Shown here piece by piece: positions 27,841 to 33,870 of a stretch of 33,870 nucleotides of DNA. Location: positions 1 to 33,870 of the forward strand of contig RGVD01000002.1 of NCBI GenBank assembly GCA_010027395.1, written 5' to 3'. Source of the stretch: Bacteroidota bacterium. Lineage in GTDB: Bacteria > Bacteroidota > Bacteroidia > UKL13-3. The translations under genes and the position numbers were made by a program. A model generated the notes under the pieces. That model did no database searches. It saw only the letters and a program-made list of their open reading frames with translations, and had not been told where the DNA came from. Within the stretch, counting starts at the first letter, position 1; every line of letters begins with the position of its first letter.

Positions 27841-29376
27841 CTACTTAAATAAAATTTTTGACCGAATTGAAAGCGCCAAGGAATTAAGTTTATTGTATTC
27901 GATATTTGTTAATCCAAAAAACCTAATCGTGATTAGTAAACTAAATGTGCTAACCAAACCCGTAATTATCATTCTCGAAAAACCTTCATCCAAAAATATT
28001 ATTGGCAATACCGCGATTAATGAAGCAAGTAAAACTGGAAACAACCCATTAAGAAAAACAGATTTAATGTAATCTTTTAAATCAATTTTTACAATTAATT
28101 TACCATAATATAGGCGACTTGTTGTGCTGAAAAACAATGATCCGATAATTGCAATCGTGTAAATTACAGGAGGACCGTACCCTTCTTTGTAAAGGAAATA
28201 AGTAACTAATAGTTGAATTAGCAAATTTAATGTTACAATTAAAGTAATGCCTCTAATTCTTCCAACAGCCTGAATTGCAGTGGTCAGTGGATGTGTCAAT
28301 TTTTGTATCAGCATTTCAATCAATATCAATCGAATGAAAATTGTAGAGTAGTTTGGGGCTTTTTTTAACCACCAATTCAGCAAAAATTCCGTTTCAAATA
28401 AAATTGGTAGGGAAAAAATTGCAAAAATAAACAATGAAAATTTTGCTGAAAGCTTGGTTAATTCAATCAGTCTATTCCGATTTCCCTCTCCTTCAGACTT
28501 AATCAATTGAGGATTAACAGCTGTTGTCAAATTTGAAGAAAAATTATTGATTTGCATGGTCAGATTTGTCGCGATCCCGTTGGCTGCATTTACAACTACA
28601 CCAAAAAAGACATTCATAATTACACTTTTCAACTGAACATATAAAAGTGAGACCCCTGCGTCTAACGTTTTCCAGCCAGCAAATGAAAGAATGCTTTTAA
28701 TAATGGAATTATCTGTACCTCTTCTAAATTGTAATTTACACACCGGGTATTTTCGGATACAATAGTCTTGCTTGATTAATCTTAATATAAGCTGTATTGC
28801 CGCATTTAAAAGCGCATAAACAACCAACGCATTTTTCGTATTATAAGTAATCCAAAAAGCAATTCCAATACTTAAAAATATGCCAATTATATCGATAATT
28901 GAGAATGCCAGAAAATCTTCATAGGCATTAAGAACAGCATCGTAAGGTACTGAAATAATTGAAATAAAAGTTGTCAAAGCCATTAGATGATAAATAGTCC
29001 TTGCGTCTGCGATTCTGGAATCGGGTATGTTTAGTATGAAATCAAACATGATAATCCCACCAATTTCAATAATTGTCCAAATTATAAACCCGAAAATTAA
29101 ATGTACAATTAATGAAGAGTTAAATGTTTTTTTTAAAGATTCAATGTCATTTTGCCCCAAGCTATAAGCCATGTACCTTACAGAAGCTGTCGATATGGTT
29201 GATTGCAGAAAGCCCAACATTCCAATAACTCCTGCAACCAACGAATTGATACCATAATCAACTTCTCCAAGTGCATTCAATACCAATCTTGAAGTAATAA
29301 ATGCCGCAATAACACTAATTAATAATTTTGCATATAAAATAGCAGAATTAAAAACAACTTTATTCAAATTACTCAT
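27841..29376 (-). CDS. wzx: Wzx-type oligosaccharide flippase (MOP superfamily)
   Basis: About 511 aa with about 12-14 TM helices. Its position next to wzy and the glycosyltransferases supports the call. I prefer the ATG at 29374-29376 over the TTG at 29385. Confidence 0.8.
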   Translation of the reverse strand: MSNLNKVVFNSAILYAKLLISVIAAFITSRLVLNALGEVDYGINSLVAGVIGMLGFLQSTISTASVRYMAYSLGQNDIESLKKTFNSSLIVHLIFGFIIWTIIEIGGIIMFDFILNIPDSRIADARTIYHLMALTTFISIISVPYDAVLNAYEDFLAFSIIDIIGIFLSIGIAFWITYNTKNALVVYALLNAAIQLILRLIKQDYCIRKYPVCKLQFRRGTDNSIIKSILSFAGWKTLDAGVSLLYVQLKSVIMNVFFGVVVNAANGIATNLTMQINNFSSNLTTAVNPQLIKSEGEGNRNRLIELTKLSAKFSLFIFAIFSLPILFETEFLLNWWLKKAPNYSTIFIRLILIEMLIQKLTHPLTTAIQAVGRIRGITLIVTLNLLIQLLVTYFLYKEGYGPPVIYTIAIIGSLFFSTTSRLYYGKLIVKIDLKDYIKSVFLNGLFPVLLASLIAVLPIIFLDEGFSRMIITGLVSTFSLLITIRFFGLTNIEYNKLNSLALSIRSKILFK

Positions 29377-29419
29377 AAAAATCAATCAGTCATAAATATG
29401 GAGTTAATTGGTTTAATAA

Positions 29420-30775
29420 CTAATTCACGTTTATACCTATGTTTTGAACTACAAATTTCATTTTACCGGCTTTGGTTTTAATAAAATTGTAACCATAATC
29501 AAATTCTACTTTTACTTTACCAACCTTATAAAAAGTTTTAGAAATTTCCTCTTCATCTTTCAATGTGAATTCGTTTGACTTATCAATTATAATCTTTACA
29601 ATGCCGGGTAAATCCTGAATTATCTGCCAACGGTTAATTCTAGAGAATGCATTGTAATGTTGTCCAAACACTAATGCCGTAAGCAGTACTTTTTCATTTT
29701 CATATCCAACAACGTAATCTGCAGTTCTTCCTAAAACCTTATTAAGTATAACAATTCCGTTTTTGGTTCCACCATAAATCGCTCGATCTCCTGTTCTATA
29801 TCTTATCAAAGGAAAGCCAAAACTGGAAAATCCAGTCACTACAATTTCACCTTCATGTCCTAAATCAACATGACTATCGTCATCATCAATAATTTCTGTC
29901 CAACCATACAAAGGGGAACAGTAGTAAGTCATCGTATCGTCTATTGTGTAACCAAATACGCAAGCCTCAGTGTGGCCATATTGACCAATGACTTTAGCTT
30001 TAAATGCCTTACTTATTAAGTTTGCCTGACTTTCAGTACATAATTCTGAGGTGACCTCTATAGCTTTAATTCGAAAGTTGATGTCAATATTGTTATTAAT
30101 TACGAAAGCAGCAATTTCCGATATGAATGCGGGGTAACCTCGTATGAAATCTGGTCGGAAGCCAATAATAAAATTCAAATATTCGTTGATGTTTTTCTTA
30201 TTCAGGTACATAGATGAGAGGGCCATACCACCATACGGCAACATATTCCCATCATTCTTCACTTTCCAATATATTTTATTTTCGATTAGATCTTCTTCAA
30301 TAAAAGTCCCGTCCATCGCAAGTATCTTATCGCCTTCTATATAACCAAACAATTTAAATAAAAAACTTTGATGCGGTAATTCTGTGTTGCCTATTGACCA
30401 AAAAGCCAATGGTTCGCCAGTACTTCCACCAGTTTTTCGTCTCAAAAGTAAATTTGTCGGTACTATAGTAGACTTGATAGCTTGTTCATTTTCTCGTATT
30501 AATTCTTTTGTTAAAAAGGGCAGTCCCTTAATTGTGTCAGAAGAAATTCTTTTTGTTTCTCTTAATATATTCCTATAATAAGGGGAATGTTTCCTTGCAT
30601 ATTTAAGGATATCAGTTAATAGTTTTTCTTTGACGAAGGTGAAGTCAGCTTTTTGATTAGCTTGATGGTATTGTTGAAGCTCTTCAATGTGGTTTTTTAC
30701 AATTTTTTCATGAGAAGCCAATGTCAACCTGGTTCTCCAATAATTTATACTACAGATATCGCCTTTAAATATCAT
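29420..30775 (-). CDS. Adenylate-forming enzyme of the PaaK / CapK / coenzyme F390 synthetase-like family
   Basis: 451 aa. Motifs are RRKTGGSTGEPL (P-loop-like AMP motif), GQYGHTE and RYRTGDRA. Confidence 0.8.
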   Translation of the reverse strand: MIFKGDICSINYWRTRLTLASHEKIVKNHIEELQQYHQANQKADFTFVKEKLLTDILKYARKHSPYYRNILRETKRISSDTIKGLPFLTKELIRENEQAIKSTIVPTNLLLRRKTGGSTGEPLAFWSIGNTELPHQSFLFKLFGYIEGDKILAMDGTFIEEDLIENKIYWKVKNDGNMLPYGGMALSSMYLNKKNINEYLNFIIGFRPDFIRGYPAFISEIAAFVINNNIDINFRIKAIEVTSELCTESQANLISKAFKAKVIGQYGHTEACVFGYTIDDTMTYYCSPLYGWTEIIDDDDSHVDLGHEGEIVVTGFSSFGFPLIRYRTGDRAIYGGTKNGIVILNKVLGRTADYVVGYENEKVLLTALVFGQHYNAFSRINRWQIIQDLPGIVKIIIDKSNEFTLKDEEEISKTFYKVGKVKVEFDYGYNFIKTKAGKMKFVVQNIGINVN

Positions 30776-31046
30776 ACTAACCTGAAGTGATATTCCTTAA
30801 AAACGGTGGAATAGCTGATGAAGTAACATATAATATACCAAATAAGATAATCGAAATAAATAAAATACTGTAATTAACCCTCGGCTTTTGTGATTTTCTT
30901 CCTAATTAATTCTTTTCTTACTTTGGAGTGGTCCACATTTACATCACTTAGCGGGTCGTAAACTGCTCTAATATAATTTTGTAAAATACCTTTATTTCTG
31001 CTAATTAACCTTCTTTCAAAGGCTCTTAGAAGGAATTCCCAATGTC

Positions 31047-32052
31047 TTATTTTTGATTCCTATACCACCCCAAGGCCAAACCAAGTCCATCCTCAAACCG
31101 TTGTCTTGGTTGATATTTTAACTGTTCAGCAATTTTACTGATTGATGCCTTGGAGTGCCTGACATCTCCGGCTCGCTCTGGGCCATAAAAAGGCTCCAAA
31201 GATTTCCCGGTTATTTGTTGCAGGATTTGAACCATTTGATTCAGGGTGGTTTGGTCCCCACAGGCAACATTGTAAACCTCGTGCGACTTTAGCGCATAGG
31301 CGCTTGTTGGCTCCAAACCATGAAGCAAAGCCAAAACATTGGCCTGAACCGCATTTTCCACAAAGGTGAAATCCCTGCTAGTTTCCCCATCGCCATAAAT
31401 CGTAGGCTGCGTACCCTCAAGAAAGTGTTTGCAAAACAAGGGGATCACCGCTGCATACGGATTATTCGGATTTTGTTTGGGGCCAAAAACATTAAAATAA
31501 CGCACCGTAAACCCTGCTAAAAACATCGGCATACATTTCATTCACCGCCTTGGTGACCGCATAGGGGCTCAACGGCTTGCCCTCTCGTCCTTCGACTTTG
31601 GGTAGTTCTGCGCTATCCCCGTAGGTGCTGGACGAGGCGGCATAGACCATGCGATGACAGCCGACTTCGTCCCTACAGGCCACCAACATGTTCAAAAAGC
31701 CCCCAATATTCACTTCGTTCGTAGTAATGGGGTCCGCCACGCTCCTGGGCACCGAGCCCAAGGCGGCCAAATGCGCCACCAAGTCCATACCCGAAACGGC
31801 CGCCTTGCAAGTTTCCAAGTCCCGAATATCCCCCTCCACAAATTCAAAGTTGGGGATTGTTACAAATTCCTGAATATTCTCCCAATAGCCGTTGGATAAA
31901 TTATCCAAAACCCGCACCTGACCCACGCCGTACTTGAGCAAATACTCTACCAAATTAGAACCTATAAAGCCAGCGCCACCGGTCACCAATATACGGTACT
32001 TGGACAAATCAACCTTGTGATAGGGCTCCAAGTACAAATCGGGATTGAACAT
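31047..32052 (-). pseudogene. TviC/WbpP-like NAD-dependent UDP-HexNAc(A) 4-epimerase, split by a frameshift with an apparent internal deletion
   Basis: Track ORFs 31492..32142 ([14 protein letters not shown]...[25 protein letters not shown]) and 31047..31541 (...[23 protein letters not shown]...GDGETSRDF...) are the two halves of one extended SDR. The frames switch at nt 31503. The likely start is the ATG at 32050-32052. Confidence 0.8.
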
Positions 32053-32080
32053 CAAATCAAATATTTTTTTTACGAATTTT

Positions 32081-33388
32081 TTATAAGCGCCAATCCGAAG
32101 CCCCTTTGGGTAGCAAGCCTTTGACATCATAAACCAAGCCATGAGGCGTCAGGACCCTAAGGTCCAGGTTTTCAAATTCGCGGTGAGCCACCGCCAAAAC
32201 CACCGCGTCGTAGGTCCCTTGTGGTAAGGCTGAATGCACCACCAAGCCTTTGTATTCGTGGGCCACCTCCTCGGATTGAACCCAAGGGTCGTGAGTAATG
32301 ACCTGCATCCCGTAGGATTCAAGCTCCTGTACAATATCGATAACCCGGGTATTGCGGACATCGGGGCAGTTTTCCTTGAACGTAAAGCCCAGAACCAAAC
32401 AGCGAGAATCCTTGACCCCCAGGCCCGCCTTGAGCATCCCCTTCACCAATTCTTCGGCCACATAGGCCCCCATGCTATCGTTCAAGCGGCGCCCAGCCAA
32501 GATAATCTCCGGGTGATACCCCACTTCCTGAGCCTTTTGGGCCAGGTAGTACGGGTCCACCCCGATGCAATGACCCCCCACCAAGCCAGGTTTGAATTTT
32601 AGAAAATTCCATTTGGTCCCGGCTGCCTCCAAAACCTCCTGGGTATCAATCCCCATGCGATTAAAGATTTTGGAGAGCTCGTTCACAAAAGCAATGTTGA
32701 TATCCCTCTGCGAATTTTCAATCACTTTGGCCGCCTCAGCTACCCGTATGGAGGAGGCTCGATGCGTACCAGCCACAATCACCGAACGGTACAAGGCATC
32801 CACAAAATCCGCCACCTCCGGGGTGGATCCGCTGGTCACCTTAAGGATTTTGGTTACTGTATGTTCCTTGTCGCCGGGGTTAATCCTTTCCGGGGAATAC
32901 CCGCAAAAAAAATCCTTGTTATAACGCAATCCCGATGCCTGCTCCAGGACCGGAACCATTTCCTCCTCGGTAACCCCAGGATAAACCGTAGATTCGTAAA
33001 TCACCACATCTCCTTGCTTCAGGACGGCTCCTATACTTTGGCTCGCCTTAATCATTGGCGTCAGAACCGGACGATTATGGCGGTCCGTAGGGGTAGGCAC
33101 TGTAACAATGTACACGTTGCAATCGTTCAGGTCATGGGGGTTTGTGGTGCACAAGAGACCGGTGGCCTGTGATGAACCCGGTCTGACCAGAACTTCTTCC
33201 AAGGACTTATTGTCCACCTCCAGGGTGCTATCGATGCCCTTGTGCAATTCCTCCACCCGGAATGCGTTAATATCCAAGCCGACAACCCGGTATTTCTCAG
33301 CAAAGGCCACCGCCAAAGGCAGACCCACATAGCCCAAACCTACAATCCCTATTTTTATGGATTTTGGATTAGCGAATTTTGTTTCCAT
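32081..33388 (-). CDS. UDP-sugar 6-dehydrogenase, TviB/WbpO/VipA-like (UDP-HexNAc dehydrogenase)
   Basis: Motifs are [29 protein letters not shown] and [11 protein letters not shown] (catalytic Cys). I prefer the ATG at 33386-33388 (METKF...); the track start at 33463 would overlap the kinase gene. Confidence 0.9.
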   Translation of the reverse strand: METKFANPKSIKIGIVGLGYVGLPLAVAFAEKYRVVGLDINAFRVEELHKGIDSTLEVDNKSLEEVLVRPGSSQATGLLCTTNPHDLNDCNVYIVTVPTPTDRHNRPVLTPMIKASQSIGAVLKQGDVVIYESTVYPGVTEEEMVPVLEQASGLRYNKDFFCGYSPERINPGDKEHTVTKILKVTSGSTPEVADFVDALYRSVIVAGTHRASSIRVAEAAKVIENSQRDINIAFVNELSKIFNRMGIDTQEVLEAAGTKWNFLKFKPGLVGGHCIGVDPYYLAQKAQEVGYHPEIILAGRRLNDSMGAYVAEELVKGMLKAGLGVKDSRCLVLGFTFKENCPDVRNTRVIDIVQELESYGMQVITHDPWVQSEEVAHEYKGLVVHSALPQGTYDAVVLAVAHREFENLDLRVLTPHGLVYDVKGLLPKGASDWRL

Positions 33389-33438
33389 AAGCCATTTTTT
33401 GATAAGCCAAGGATTAGAGACTCGAAGGGTGATTTGCT

Positions 33439-33870
33439 TTAGGGAAGCAACCGCCTCCACCACGCCTTGGGTTTGCGGGGACCTTCGTCTTCGTAATAGC
33501 CGTAGCCATACCCGTAGCCGTACCCATAGCCATATCCGTACCCGTAGCCATATCCGTACCCGTAGCCATATCCATACCCGTAGCCATATCCGTAGCCATA
33601 ACCGTATCCGTAGGCGGTTTCGACTTTGTAATCATTGACCACAACGCAGGCATTCTGCATTTGGCCGTTGAGGCGCATGCCTTCCAGAATCTTGACCATT
33701 TCTTTGCGGGTATAGTTCTGCCGCATCACATAGAAATTGATATCCGAAAAGCGCATCATCTCAAAGGCATCCGCAATCAGGGTACAGGGCGGGGTATCGA
33801 TGACCACATGGTCGTAGCGTTCCTTGAGCCAATCAATCAATTCCCCAAAACGATCCGACAAGACCAATTC
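33439..33870 (-). CDS. C-terminal part of a BY-type protein tyrosine kinase (Wzc/EpsB-like); the 5' end runs off the right edge of the window
   Basis: It has a Walker-B-like YDHVVIDTPP followed by a C-terminal tyrosine cluster. The track's initial 'M' is an in-frame TTG, and the frame is open to the window edge. Confidence 0.85.
   Translation of the reverse strand, partial: ELVLSDRFGELIDWLKERYDHVVIDTPPCTLIADAFEMMRFSDINFYVMRQNYTRKEMVKILEGMRLNGQMQNACVVVNDYKVETAYGYGYGYGYGYGYGYGYGYGYGYGYGYGYGYGYGYGYGYYEDEGPRKPKAWWRRLLP
33493..33612 (-). repeat. In-frame imperfect hexanucleotide array encoding (Tyr-Gly)x19 + Tyr-Tyr
   Basis: I counted codon by codon: 38 alternating TAY/GGN codons (33499-33612) followed by TAT TAC (33493-33498). 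An exact 18-bp tandem duplication lies at 33529-33546 and 33547-33564. A third copy at 33565-33582 has one mismatch. Confidence 0.95.

Noticed and set aside
30776-31046. Search for a Bacteroidota-type promoter (-7 TAnnTTTG with upstream TTTG) in the three larger gaps (30776-31046, 20782-20854, 20332-20394).
   Set aside because: Reading the minus strand by eye, I found only partial matches (e.g. TATCTTATTTG, TAGTTTG) and no exact TAnnTTTG. I therefore do not report a promoter feature.
5600-31046. Calling the low-GC core a mobile genetic element or genomic island.
   Set aside because: I found no integrase, transposase, IS inverted repeats, tRNA attachment site or flanking direct repeats. Cassette exchange by homologous recombination between conserved flanks explains the pattern without mobility genes.
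31492-32142. Treating 31492-32142 and 31047-31541 as two separate small genes.
   Set aside because: Together they reconstitute one extended-SDR epimerase: Rossmann/YxxxK half plus RYFNVFG/substrate half. The second ORF's apparent start ([13 protein letters not shown]) is out-of-frame read-through of the first half.
33493-33612. Whether the periodic array could be a CRISPR array or a non-coding microsatellite.
   Set aside because: The period is 6 nt with no spacers, and the array lies in frame inside a CDS. CRISPR repeats are 24-48 nt separated by unique spacers. No cas genes are present.
33357-33653. ORFs with striking peptide repeats: SHIRTRSHIRTR on the plus strand (33357-33638) and MATGMDMATGTDMATG on the minus strand (33414-33653).
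   Set aside because: They are alternative-frame readings of the hexanucleotide (TAY GGN) array. Only the YG frame is contiguous with the kinase Walker-B domain upstream and ends in a sensible C-terminus.

Overview
The window is one co-directional polysaccharide biosynthesis locus: about 30 genes, all on the minus strand, most with stop/start overlaps of 4-8 nt or gaps of a few bp. It looks like a Wzx/Wzy-dependent capsule, O-antigen or EPS locus from a Bacteroidota-type genome, because it carries an XrtF-type exosortase. In transcription order (right to left) it contains: the C-terminus of a BY-tyrosine kinase with an extreme (Tyr-Gly)19 tail; a TviB-like UDP-HexNAc dehydrogenase; a broken TviC-like 4-epimerase; a low-GC variable region; and a GC-rich conserved end. 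The variable region holds a CapK-like adenylating enzyme, Wzx, Wzy, seven glycosyltransferases, an fnlA-cupin-fnlB-fnlC block for an L-FucNAc-type sugar, and an unusual set of amide-forming and tailoring enzymes. The conserved end holds a PglC-like initiating transferase, an ATP-grasp enzyme, a DUF218 protein, a PglE-like aminotransferase, XrtF plus its partner, a PglF/CapD-like dehydratase and gmd. All plus-strand ORFs in the track look like antisense shadows. I saw no rRNA, tRNA, CRISPR array, transposase or integrase. The best candidate for something undescribed is the glycan-tailoring gene set. It comprises three ATP-grasp ligases, an AsnB-like amidotransferase, a CapA-like metallophosphoesterase, a CapK-like adenylate-forming enzyme, and two paralogous 373-aa proteins that carry carbohydrate-esterase-4-like metal-site motifs. 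No PglD-type acetyltransferase is present. This suggests an amino-acid- or amide-decorated glycan, or possibly a zwitterionic one. Other notable points are the (YG)19 kinase tail with internal 18-bp tandem duplications, the low-GC XrtF islet, two apparently damaged sugar-nucleotide genes (fnlB-like and tviC-like), and strong compositional mosaicism. All family assignments come from motif recognition by eye and have not been checked by any search.
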